In this document: piece after piece, positions 52,193-62,212 of the stretch | How the letters are laid out: every line of letters begins with the position of its first letter | How positions within the stretch are numbered: position 1 is the first letter of the stretch | Source: Spirochaetia bacterium | GTDB lineage: Bacteria; Spirochaetota; Spirochaetia; SZUA-6; Bin103 | Length of the DNA: 64,000 nt | Direction of reading: 5' to 3' | Assembly (NCBI GenBank): GCA_965203515.1 | Contig: OZ241907.1 | Coordinates: forward strand, 832,001-896,000 | The notes under the pieces: model-generated | Seen by the model: the letters and a program-made list of their open reading frames with translations, nothing else | The model's database searches: none | Told to the model about the DNA's origin: nothing | Program-made: the position numbers and the translations under genes

Positions 52193-53570
52193 ATGAACAG
52201 GACTCGTTCCGACACGGCCGACGCAGCCATCACGACCACCGTTTCCGCCCTCTCAGACGACCGCCTGCTAGCGCGGACCAAGGAACTGTCCTGCGTCGAA
52301 CACCAGCTCGAAGTCGTCGTCATCGACCACTTGCGCGAGATCCAGAAGCGCCGGCTGTTTCTGCGCCGCGGGTTCTCCAGCCTGTTCGATTACGCGGTGC
52401 GCGAGCTCGGCTACAGCGACGCCGCCGCTTGGCGGCGCATCAAGGCGATGCGCCTCTGCGCGGACATCGACGGCGTGCGCGAGCGCCTGCAGGACGGCTC
52501 GATGACGCTCAACGCGGCCGCGCAGTTGCAGAACGCCTTCGACCGACAGGACCGCACGCGCGAGCGCGCGCCGCGCAGCGCGCCGGGCGGGACCGGGTTC
52601 GGGGCCGCCGCGCAGTCGCAGGACGGCTCGGCGCCGGCGCTCGCTCCGGGACCGGCTCAGCCGGCGGAGCGGAAGCCGGCGCCGGTGCTGGACCGGTCGG
52701 CGCGGCGGGCGCTGGTGGAGCAGGCGGCCGGCAAGAGCAGCCGGCAGGTGATGCGGTTGCTGGCCGAGGTCGACCCGGAGCTGGCGGCGCCGGCGGACCG
52801 GGTGCGCCCGCTGGGCGCCGGGCGCTGGGAGATCAAGGCGATCATCGACGATGAGTGCCGGCGCGGCTTGGAGCGGCTCAAGGGCCTCCTGTCCCACGTC
52901 GACCCGCACATGACGTTGGGGCAGATCGTGGGACGCCTGGTGCAGGAAGGGCTCGACCGTCACGACCCGGCCCGGCCGCCGCGCGGGCGTCGCACTGGCT
53001 CCCGCGCCGCAGGAGCCGAGCGGACTTCGGCGGCGAAGACGCCGGCGGCCTCGGCTTGTAGCGCCGCTTCGGCAGCGAAGCACGAGGCCCGATCGGACAG
53101 CGCCGCTCCTTCGGCGGCGAAGGTACCGGCTCAGGCGGCGGGGCGGCCGACAGCGCCGCCGGGAGACGAAGCCGCTTCGCCGCTGCAGGTGGACCGCGGC
53201 CCGGACCGCCCGGACACTTCGGCAGCGAAGCCGGTGACCGACACAACTTCGGCGCCGAAGACGAAGACACTGCGCCTCGGCCCGCAGGCTGCTGCGGCGT
53301 GCGCGAAGCCGGCTGCGCCGCCGCGGACCCAAACTTCGGCAGCCAAGGCGGGCGGCGGGACCGGCCGTGCCATCCCGGCGGCGGTCAAGCGAGCGGTCTG
53401 GCGGCGCGACCGGGGCCGCTGCAGCTACGTGGACCGCATCAGCGGGCGCCGCTGCGGCTCCCAACACCTGCTGCAGATCGATCACGTCGTGCCGTATGCC
53501 AGGGCGGCACCGCCGAGCCGAACAATCTCCGACTGCTGTGCGCCGCGCATCACCGCCACCGCCACGCAGG
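52193..53570 (+). pseudogene. HNH endonuclease with DUF222-like N-terminus, -1 frameshift near 53503
   Basis: GFSSLFDYA..LGYS...AWRR; IPAAVKRAVWRRDRGRC...C...QIDHVVP. The motif continues in another frame as GGTAEPNNLRLLCAAHHRHRH. 3' end approximate. Confidence 0.8.
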
Positions 53571-53689
53571 CATCAGAATCGGCTGTCTCGGCGAGGATCG
53601 TCAGGCGCCGGTCCCGATCCAGTCGATGGAGCGAAGGCTGAAGGTGGATGCCGCCATTCGCTCCCCCGGTAGTATCTCGGGTGTGACCG

Positions 53690-55332
53690 GCGGGCAGCTT
53701 CTGTACGCGATCGAGTACGCGTGCTGGGGACTGCTCAAGGCCGACTTTCACACCCTGCTCCGCCTGCACGCGTACGAGCACGTGATCCATCTGGAGCCGC
53801 GCATCCTGGACGACGTGGAGACCGGCGACGTGGTGACGACGATCAACAACGACGTCGCGGCGTTCACGAACTTCGCGCACCACGGCATGGCGATCGGCGT
53901 CGCGAACGTCCTGCAGTTCGTCCTTTCGGTCGCCATCGTCGCCACGATCGACGCCATCGCCGCCGGCATTCTGATCGTGTCCGGGGTCCTCACCTACGTG
54001 GCGAACCGCAACACGGGCCGGATGGTGCATGCGCGGTACGGCCGCATGCGGGAGGGCTACGGTCACTACGTCGCGTGGCTGTACGAGATCATCGCCGGCC
54101 GGCGCGAGATCCGGCGGCTCGGCGCCCAGGCCACGGTCACCACGTGGTTCCTGCGCCGTCACAACGGCGTGCTGCGGAACCTGATCAAGGCGTGGTGGGC
54201 GGAGCTGGCCGGCGAGCGGGCGGTCGAGCTGGCGGTGGTCGCGGCCACGATCGCGATGTACGGCTGGGCGGCGACGCTGGTGGTCGTGCAGTCGATGACG
54301 ATGGGAACGTTCCTGGCGCTGATCGAGTACCTCATTCTCGGCCGGGTCGCCCTCTCCAGGATCGGCCGGCTCAACGTCTGGGTGCAGTCCTTCTACGTGC
54401 GCATGGGCCGGCTGCAGGCGATGTTGGCGAGGCCGAGAGAAGCGGCCGGTCCGGTCGCCGCCGCAACGCCGGAGACCGAACGCGCGCCGGCCGCGCCGCC
54501 GGTCGCTCCCGCATGGGAACGGGTCCGTTCCCATCCCCGTCCCCATCACCGGGAACCGGTCCCGGTCATCCGCAGCGCCGGCCGCCGGAGCGGCTTCCGG
54601 TTCGACGGGGTTCGCTTTCGCTACGCCGGCGAAGGCGCGCGCGTGCTCGACGGACTCGAACTGAGCGCGGAGGCGGGGGAGCGCATCGCCCTGGTGGGGA
54701 GGAGCGGCGCCGGCAAGACGTCGCTGATCCAGCTCCTGCTCCGGTTCTATCGTCCGCAGAGCGGCCGCGTGTCGATCGCCGGCCGCGCCGTCGACGAATA
54801 CTCCCTGCAGGACCTCCGCCGCGTGGTCGGCGTGGTGTATCAGGACCCGATTCTGTTCCCGGAGACGATTCGGCGGAATCTGTCGCCGCCGTGGTTCGCC
54901 GGCTCGGATGCGGACCTCGATTGGGCGCTCGACGCGGTCGGCTTGACGGCGTGGCTGTCGCGCCGGCGCAACCGGCTCGACACGGTCCTGGGGCCGACCA
55001 CCCCGTTCTCGCGCGGCGAGCGCCAGCGGCTGGCGATCGCGCGGATGCTGCTCCGCGCGCCGCGCGTCATCGTCATGGACGAGGCGACGTCCGGGGTGGA
55101 CGACGCGCGCGAGTCGCAGATCTACGCGGCGCTGCACGACCGACTCCCGGACCGCACCGTGCTGATTGCGACGCACCGGCCGGCCACGGCGCGCCGGGCC
55201 GGCCGCGTCGTGCTGCTCGACGGCGGACGCATCGCCGCCGACGGCAGCCATGAACGGGTGCGCGCGGCTTCCGCGGTCTACCGGAGCCTCATGGACGATC
55301 GGCGTCACGGCGCCGGTGGCCCGGCCCCGTGA
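53690..55332 (+). pseudogene. ABC exporter (TMD plus NBD), apparently 5'-truncated
   Basis: TMD begins mid-domain; GRSGAGKT, VYQD, FSRGERQRLAIAR, VMDEATS, THR. 5' end approximate. Confidence 0.75.
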
Positions 55333-56335
55333 CGTGGCTGGCCGAAGCCGTGCGGGCGCGGCGGGAGCTCCTCTGCGCCGTCCGGGGCCAAGTGCGCCGG
55401 CTGCGCGGAACGGTCGCCGTCCTGATCGCCGTACGGGTGGCGCTGGCGGCGTCGGCGCTCGTACCGCCGCTGCTGCTTCGCGCCCTGGTCGACCGGGTGG
55501 TGATCGACGGCCATGCCGCTCTGCTCCCGTGGCTGCTCGGCGCGTTCGGCGCGGTGTATGCGGTCGAGACCGCGGCGATGGCCGTCGAGCGGGCGGCCCG
55601 CAACCGGATGCTGGGCCTGATGACGCTGCGCCTGCGCCACCGCAACTTCGCGGCGGCCCTGCGCGCTCCCGACTCGGCCGGGCCGGGCGATCTCAAGCGC
55701 GCCGTGGAGGAGGACGTCGAGCGGATCGGCCCGGCGTTCGACAGCCACGTCATACAGGCGGTGTTCCTCGTCGCGCGCATGGCGGCGCTCGCCGTGCTGC
55801 TCGCGGCCTTGAGTTGGCGCCTGGCGGCCATCGCCTTGAGCGTCTCGGTGGCCGTGACGTTGGCCGTGGGCGCCTTCTCACGCGGCGCCCGGCGCGTGGG
55901 CGCCGAGCAGCGGGCGGCGATGGGAGCGTTCGACGACTGGCTGCACCGGTCGATCCGGCGCTGGCGGGAGACCAAGGCGCTGCAGCTCGAACGCCGCGAG
56001 CTGGCCGCCATGCGGCGGCAGTACCGGCCGGTGCAACACGCGATGAGCGCCGCCCAGTTCTATCACTGGGGCGCCGACGCGGTGGGGCGCGCCGTCGACG
56101 ATCTGGCCGCTCGCGCGGTGCTCTACTTCATCGGCGCGCTCCTCATCTTCGGCGGCTTCATCACCGCCGGGGTGCTGCTCGCCTTCGTTCGCACCGCCTG
56201 GCCACCGTGCGCAACGCCGACACGATCGCGGTGCTCGCGCGCGGCCGGCTGGTCGCGGCCGGCGCGCACGCCGACCTGTTGGCAACGAGCGGCGAGTACC
56301 GCCGCCTCTTCGCTCGGCAGCACGCCCTGCAATGA
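55329..56335 (+). pseudogene. ABC exporter with NBD deleted
   Basis: TMD to ITAGVLLAFV, joined out of frame near 56189 to the NBD tail HRLATVRNADTIAVLARGRLVAAGAHADLL...YRRLF. Confidence 0.8.
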
Positions 56336-56381
56336 TCATCCGTTGCCGGCCGCGCGGGAGGCCGGATAGCCTGCCGGCGAG

Positions 56382-56900
56382 ATGACCAGAAAATCGATCG
56401 CCTTGAGCCTCCGCACGGCGGCGCGGTTGCCGTCGATTCCGGAGACGCAACGCCAGTTGGCGGAGGGCCGCCTCGACGCGGAGTGCCGCCTCTCCATCGC
56501 CGATCTGGACGCGATGAAGGACGCTTACGTCTTTGCGATCGTCACCACCCACGAGCGCTGGGAGGTGGTCGAGGTGCTGGACGCGCTGGGGCTGGCTCCC
56601 TACTGCCCGGCCGAGCACATCGTCGTGTCGCCCAAGGGCAAGCGCCAGGACCTGGAGCACTGGCGGCGCTGGCGCGCCGGCTTCGACGCGGCGGGCGCGC
56701 CGCTGGCGGCCGTGATCGACCACTCGGAGAAAGGGCCGGCGTCGGTGCTGTGGCCGCTCAGCCATGCTCCCGACTTCGCCGGCGTGAACCGGTACTACTG
56801 GCCGTATGAGGGCGTGGTGGAAGCCGAGCGGATGCCGGAAGCGATCCGCATCGACCGCCTTTCCGATACCAGGGAGTACCGCCTGGCCACCCAGGGATAG
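56382..56900 (+). CDS. Hypothetical protein
   Basis: 172-aa ORF with host-like codon pattern; no recognised motif. Confidence 0.55.
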   Translation: MTRKSIALSLRTAARLPSIPETQRQLAEGRLDAECRLSIADLDAMKDAYVFAIVTTHERWEVVEVLDALGLAPYCPAEHIVVSPKGKRQDLEHWRRWRAGFDAAGAPLAAVIDHSEKGPASVLWPLSHAPDFAGVNRYYWPYEGVVEAERMPEAIRIDRLSDTREYRLATQG

Positions 56901-56934
56901 AGCCACCCGGGGGTAGAGCCCACCCGGGGATAGA
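56887..56934. repeat. Three ~16-bp tandem repeats spanning a stop codon
   Basis: ccacccagggatagag / ccacccgggggtagag / (c)cacccggggataga. Confidence 0.7.
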
Positions 56935-56975
56935 CCGGGCAGGCGGGGACCCCGAACCGGATCAGTCGAGTCTGG

Positions 56976-57343
56976 TCAGTCCGGGGTCTGGCTGGCCGCC
57001 AGGCCGACGCAGTTGCCTTGCGGGTCGGCGAACATCGCAAACGTCACGGAGCCGGGGATGGTCGTCACCGGCACGATCTCCGTGCCGCCGAGCTCGATCG
57101 CCTTCTTCAATCGTTCCTTGATGTCATCTACTTGTACATAAAAGGTGACGGTGTTCGGCGCGCCGCCGCTCGCCCCGATGCCGCCGTTGATGCCGACCGA
57201 ATCGCCCTCGCCCTTGGTGCTGACCACGCGGTAGTCGATCGCCTCATGATGCTGGACCTGCAGTCGAACAGCTTGGTGTAGTACTCGTGGAGCGCCGCAG
57301 GATCCTGCGACCGGATCTCGAAATGGACCACCGGATTGTTCAT
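56976..57343 (-). pseudogene. VOC family protein, 1-bp frameshift near 57260 (or sequence error)
   Basis: MNNPVVHFEI...YYTKLFD. Adding one G gives W-QVQHHEAIDYRVV...GINGGI...FADPQGN. Confidence 0.82.
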
Positions 57344-57507
57344 TCGCTCACCATACCACGCGCCCGCGCGGCGTCAAGGCGCGCCGGATCAGGGCGGGCG
57401 CTCGGGGCCGGCGGTGCGCGGCAGCGGCTCCGCTGTACGCCCGTGCCGTATCTGCTACCCTGTCGCCGTCCGGCGACAAGGGGGATGACGATGAAAGGCG
57501 TGGTTAC

Positions 57508-58716
57508 GTGGCGGTCCTGAGCGCCGGCCAGATCGCCCGCTTCCGGGATGACGGCTTCCTGGTCGTCCCGGACCTGATGAGCGGCGACGAGATCGATCGG
57601 CTGGCGGCCGCCGCCCGCTCCGAATTCGAGACGCAGCGCCACGTCGGCCAAGGCCGGCGCTTCCCGGCGCCGGGGAAGTACACCTTGTCCGAGGACAGCC
57701 TGCGCCTGGCCGACGTGCGCCGGGCGGTCGATCATCCGCAGGTGACGGCCGCCGCCGCCGAGCTGCTCGAAGACGAGATCCGCATGTCGGCGTTCGTGAT
57801 CTACGCGATGCCTCCGGGCAGCCCCGGCACCACCGGCGACTACCAGGGCACCCATGAGTCGGCGCACTGCGACTACAAGCCGTACCGTCCGGTCGGCTCG
57901 TCGCTGCGCTGGCTGTTCGCGATCGTGCCGCTGGTCGACTACACGGAGCGGGTCGGCCCGCTGCTGGTTTCGCCGGGGTCGCACCGGATTCCCGCGCTGG
58001 CGCGCCGCGGCCGGGTCACGCACGTGCGCCGGGCGCGGGGGGACCAGCTCCGGCCCTTTCAGGACACGCGCCTGCGCCGCGGTCAGGTCGCCTTCATGGA
58101 CATGTTCACCTGGCATCAGACGTTCGGCAATCGGTCCGACACGCTGCGCTTCGGGGTCTACAACAAGTACCGGGCGCGCAGCGCGCCGCCGGGGTGCGGA
58201 CCCTATCTGTTCCGGGAGCACTCGGCCGATCTGTTCGACGCGGCCGGCGCGGCGCTGCTTGCGGACCGCATCGAGGGCCGCGTCGCGCAGACCCGGCTGC
58301 TGGTCGAGGACGATGAGCGGTTCCTGGTCCTGGACGGGGCGGGCGGCTCGTCGATCGTGCCCGGCGGGGCGGCGCAGCCGGCCCCCAAGCGGGTCGGCAC
58401 CGACGACGACAACGTGATCGACGCGCTGATGCGGGCGGCCGGGCCGCAGCTCGGCGGCGATCTGCCCTGGGTCAGCTACGTGGGCGATTACATGGTCGGC
58501 GACGGGTCGGCCGACATCTGCCGCGTCTACGCCTGCCCGCACGAGGAGCTGCGGCGCGCCGGCGTGCGAGGCGCCGGCTCGGTACGCTGGCGCCCGTTCG
58601 ACCGACTGAACGCCGAAACCGGCGAAGGCTACCTGAATCAGGCGGCGGAGCGCTGGTTGACCGAACCGGTGGTGCGCGGCATCGGCCAGTCGAACGCCCA
58701 GGCCGGGATCGGATGA
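57508..58716 (+). CDS. PhyH-family dioxygenase with C-terminal extension
   Basis: FRDDGFL, AHCD, PGSH, TWHQ..GN.S..R; roughly 140 extra C-terminal residues. Confidence 0.8.
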   Translation: MAVLSAGQIARFRDDGFLVVPDLMSGDEIDRLAAAARSEFETQRHVGQGRRFPAPGKYTLSEDSLRLADVRRAVDHPQVTAAAAELLEDEIRMSAFVIYAMPPGSPGTTGDYQGTHESAHCDYKPYRPVGSSLRWLFAIVPLVDYTERVGPLLVSPGSHRIPALARRGRVTHVRRARGDQLRPFQDTRLRRGQVAFMDMFTWHQTFGNRSDTLRFGVYNKYRARSAPPGCGPYLFREHSADLFDAAGAALLADRIEGRVAQTRLLVEDDERFLVLDGAGGSSIVPGGAAQPAPKRVGTDDDNVIDALMRAAGPQLGGDLPWVSYVGDYMVGDGSADICRVYACPHEELRRAGVRGAGSVRWRPFDRLNAETGEGYLNQAAERWLTEPVVRGIGQSNAQAGIG

Positions 58717-58757
58717 GCCGGGTCCGGTAGCCCGGCGCAAGCGACGGGAGGAAGCGC

Positions 58758-59927
58758 GTGAAGTACGACGTTCTCATCGACGGCGGCGAGGTGATCGACC
58801 CGTCGCAGCGGCTGCGCGGCCGGCTCGACGTCGCGGTGGCGGGCGAACGGATCGCCGCGGTCGGCCCGGACCTGCCGGCCGACCAGGCCCGCCACGTGAT
58901 CGACGCGCGCGGCCGCCTGGTGATGCCGGGCCTGATCGACCTGCACGTGCACGCCTACCGGGACCACACCACGCTGGGACTCGACCCGGATGCGCTGTGC
59001 GCCGCCGGCGGGGTGACCACGATGCTCGACACCGGCAGCTCGGGCAGTCACAACTTCCCCGGCTTCCTGCGCGACGTGATCGTCCCCGCGCAGACCGAGG
59101 TGCTGGCGCTGATCCACCTGTCGGCGTCCGGTCTGGCGACCTTCAATCGCACCGGCGAGCTGCTCGACCGCGCCCTGGCCGACCCCGCCGGCGCGGTCGC
59201 CGCCATCCGCGCGCATCCGCGGGTCGCCGTCGGCGTGAAGATCCGCGCCACCGGCCGACTGATGGGCCGCGGCGAGGCGGGGTGGGCCAACCTCAATGAC
59301 GCGGTCGCCGCGGCGCGCGAGTCCGGCACCATGCTGATGGTCCACATCGGCGAAACGCCGATGCCGGTGCCCGCGATACTGGAGCTGCTGGAGCCGGGCG
59401 ACTGCATCACCCACTGCTTCAAGGGCGGCTCAGAACGCATCCTGGACCGCGACGGCCGCGTCTGGCCGGAGGTGCGGGCGGCCGCCGAGCGCGGCGTGAT
59501 CTTCGACATCGGCCACGGCTCCGGCAGCTTTCAGTGGGAGGTCGCCGAAGCGGCGATCGAGCAGGGGTTCCTGCCGCAGACCATCAGCACCGACCTGCAT
59601 ACCCTCAACGTGAACGGACCGGTATTCGACATGCCGACCACCATGTCCAAATTTCTGCACCTGGGGCTGTCGCTGGAGCAGGTGGTGGAACGATCGACCC
59701 TGGCGCCGGCCAAGGTGTTGCTCCGGGATCATGAGATCGGCACGCTGCGGCCGGGAACGCGCGCCGACGTCGCCGTGCTGGAGGAACGCGAAGGCCGCTT
59801 CGTATTCACCGACAGCATGGGCACGGACCGGGTCGGCGCGCGGTGTCTGCGCGCCGCGGCGACCGTGCGCCGCGGCCAGATCGTGCCGGGCGGCGGCGGC
59901 TGGTATCCCCACCGCCCAAGCGCCTGA
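58758..59927 (+). CDS. Amidohydrolase/deacetylase (dihydroorotase-like) metallohydrolase
   Basis: PGLIDLHVH, GVKIR, MVHIG, THCF, DIGHGSGSF, ISTDLH. Confidence 0.9.
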   Translation: MKYDVLIDGGEVIDPSQRLRGRLDVAVAGERIAAVGPDLPADQARHVIDARGRLVMPGLIDLHVHAYRDHTTLGLDPDALCAAGGVTTMLDTGSSGSHNFPGFLRDVIVPAQTEVLALIHLSASGLATFNRTGELLDRALADPAGAVAAIRAHPRVAVGVKIRATGRLMGRGEAGWANLNDAVAAARESGTMLMVHIGETPMPVPAILELLEPGDCITHCFKGGSERILDRDGRVWPEVRAAAERGVIFDIGHGSGSFQWEVAEAAIEQGFLPQTISTDLHTLNVNGPVFDMPTTMSKFLHLGLSLEQVVERSTLAPAKVLLRDHEIGTLRPGTRADVAVLEEREGRFVFTDSMGTDRVGARCLRAAATVRRGQIVPGGGGWYPHRPSA

Positions 59928-60845
59928 TCACCCGCGGCGCGTGACCCGCAAGCGGCGCAGCGCGCGCGCCGCCAGGCCGCGCTCCGGGGCCGCCACCAGC
60001 GCCGCCGCCACCACCACGCCGGCCACCACGGTCATCATGCCGGCGGTGCTGGTGTCGGTGAGCCCGAACCAGCGGGGCACGGTGATCGCGCTCAGGTGAC
60101 CGCCGGCGGCGCAGATCAGCGCCACCCCCTGACCGAACAGCAGCAGCGACCAGAGGCGCCGGGTGAACAGGCCGGCCACCACCCCCGGCACGATCAGCAT
60201 GGCGATCACCAGGATGCTGCCGACGCTCTCGAACGCTGCGACGATCGTCACGGCCACCATCACCATCAGCGCGTAGTGCAGCAGCCGCGCGTTGCAGCCG
60301 ATCGATCGCGCGAAGTCCTCGTCGAACGACGTGAGATTGAGCTCCTTGAACAGGATCAGGACGAAGGCCAGGTCGGCGGCCAGGACCGCGCCGAGGATCA
60401 GGAGCGCTCGCGGCGCGCGCACGCCGGCGACCGTCATCTCGTTGAGCGGCGCCAGCTCGACCGAGCCGTAGAAGACCGTATGGACGTCGACGTGCACGGC
60501 GTCGGCGCTGCGCACGATCAGGATCAGGCCGACGGCGAACATGGTCGTGAACACCACGCCCATGGCGGCGCCGCGGTCGACGTTGCCGATCTGGTGGATG
60601 AACTGCGTGAAGGCGGCGGTCAGCACGCCGGCGACCGCCGCGCCGATCACGATCGTCCCGGTGTCCCGGCTCAGCGTGATCAGGAACGCGGCGGCGATGC
60701 CGGGCAGCACCGCGTGGCTGATGGCGTCGCCCATCATGCTCATGCGCCGCAGCACCAGGAAGCTGCCGATCAGCGCGCACGCCATGGCGCTGACCGCGGC
60801 GACCGCCACGATGCCGGTGTCCAGGGCCGTCCAGGTCCAGGTCAC
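59928..60845 (-). CDS. troD: Mn/Zn/Fe ABC transporter permease
   Basis: LIGSFLVLRRMSMMGDAISHAVLPGIA, FKEL...FD, AFESVGSILV. Confidence 0.88.
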   Translation of the reverse strand: MTWTWTALDTGIVAVAAVSAMACALIGSFLVLRRMSMMGDAISHAVLPGIAAAFLITLSRDTGTIVIGAAVAGVLTAAFTQFIHQIGNVDRGAAMGVVFTTMFAVGLILIVRSADAVHVDVHTVFYGSVELAPLNEMTVAGVRAPRALLILGAVLAADLAFVLILFKELNLTSFDEDFARSIGCNARLLHYALMVMVAVTIVAAFESVGSILVIAMLIVPGVVAGLFTRRLWSLLLFGQGVALICAAGGHLSAITVPRWFGLTDTSTAGMMTVVAGVVVAAALVAAPERGLAARALRRLRVTRRG

Positions 60846-62212
60846 GAGTCGCCGTCCCCGATCTCGTGCGGGCTGGCGGCTACCGCGGCCGCCGCCTGAC
60901 CGTCGAGCCGCGCCTCCAGCTCGGCCACCAGATCCGGTTCCAGCACGTGCTCGATGCGGTCGGCGCCGCGGTCGACCCGGCTGGTGGCGACGTCCGCGTG
61001 GCGTATCAGATAGAGCTCCCACAGCCGGTGGTTGCGCACGATCCGCAGCGCCTGGGCAGCGCCGGCCGGGGTGAGCCGCTCCGCTGCCGGTTCCAGGGGC
61101 GCCGGCAGCAACAGTCCCTCCCGGTGGCCGAGCCGCATCGCCGCGGTCAGTTCGGCCCGGCTCCATCCCCGGCGGTGGGCCAGCCGTTCCCGATCGACGG
61201 CGACCGCTTCCAGCTCGGCGCGGCCCGGCGTGGCGCCGAGCCGGCCTTCGACCTGCTCGAACGCCGCGCGCAGCAGGTGCTCGCGGCGGATGCGCCGGTC
61301 GCGGCGGCGGCGCTCGACGAGCAGCCGCAGCAGACCGCGGCGGGTGCCGAACAGACCGCTGATCACGAAGCCGACCGCAGTGGTGGCGACGATCACCGCG
61401 CCGGCCGGCAGGCGCGGCACCAGCGCCGAGAGCGCCGCCCCGATGAAGCCGCCCAGGGCGCCGATCAGCGCCGACAGCAGCGCCATCACCCGCAGGTCAT
61501 GGGTCCAGAAGCGCGCCGCCGCGGCCGGGGTGATCAGCAACGCGACGATCAGGATCAGCCCCACCGCCTGCAGGCCGATGACCGTGACCGCCACCACCAG
61601 CGCCAGCATCACCACGTCCAGAACCGCTACCGGCAGCCCCTGCGAGGCCGCGTACTCGGGGTCGAAGCAGAGCATGTTCAATTCCTTGAACATCGTGACG
61701 GCCACCACCACGAGCACCAGCGAGATGATCCCGATCAACAGGGCGTCGGAGACCAGCATCGACGCGGTCTTGCCGTAGATGAAGGAGTCGAGCCCGGCGG
61801 CGGAGCCGCGCCGCATCTGCTGGATCACGCCGAGCAGCGCGATGCCGATGCCGAACGACACCGACAGCACGATGCCGAGCGCGGCGTCCTCATGCAGCCG
61901 GAGCACCGTGCGCACCACCAGCACCGCGGCGATCGCCGCCAGACCGCCCGCCGCGGCCCCGATCAGCAGCCCCGGGAACCACTTGCCGGTGCCGCCGAGC
62001 GCCACCATCACCAGCCACGCCGCGGCGATGCCGGGCAGGGTCGCGTGGCTGACGGCGTCGGATACCAGCGCCCGTTTGCGAAGCAGGGTGAAGGTGCCGA
62101 CGATGCCGGCCGCCATGCCCAGGATGCCGACGCCCACCACCACGACCCGCGTGTTGTAGTCGCTCAGGGTCAGCACGCGCAGCACGTCGCCCCACGCCGG
62201 CAGGTAGGTCAT
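60842..62212 (-). CDS. troC: Mn/Zn/Fe ABC permease with C-terminal DtxR-like domain
   Basis: LRKRALVSDAVSHATLPG, GLQAVGLIL; C-terminal LTPAG...VRNHRLWELYL...ADRIEHVL. Confidence 0.88.
   Translation of the reverse strand: MTYLPAWGDVLRVLTLSDYNTRVVVVGVGILGMAAGIVGTFTLLRKRALVSDAVSHATLPGIAAAWLVMVALGGTGKWFPGLLIGAAAGGLAAIAAVLVVRTVLRLHEDAALGIVLSVSFGIGIALLGVIQQMRRGSAAGLDSFIYGKTASMLVSDALLIGIISLVLVVVAVTMFKELNMLCFDPEYAASQGLPVAVLDVVMLALVVAVTVIGLQAVGLILIVALLITPAAAARFWTHDLRVMALLSALIGALGGFIGAALSALVPRLPAGAVIVATTAVGFVISGLFGTRRGLLRLLVERRRRDRRIRREHLLRAAFEQVEGRLGATPGRAELEAVAVDRERLAHRRGWSRAELTAAMRLGHREGLLLPAPLEPAAERLTPAGAAQALRIVRNHRLWELYLIRHADVATSRVDRGADRIEHVLEPDLVAELEARLDGQAAAAVAASPHEIGDGDS

Noticed and set aside
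53025..53347. CRISPR array in the HNH gene
   Set aside because: Repeats are only 14 bp, irregularly spaced and in a coding frame; kept as a separate finding.
53299..53689. N-terminus of the 677-aa ORF as a real ABC leader
   Set aside because: It is the frameshifted HNH tail plus junction sequence.
60842..62212. Permease-DtxR fusion as a novelty
   Set aside because: Such fusions are known, for example chlamydial YtgCR.
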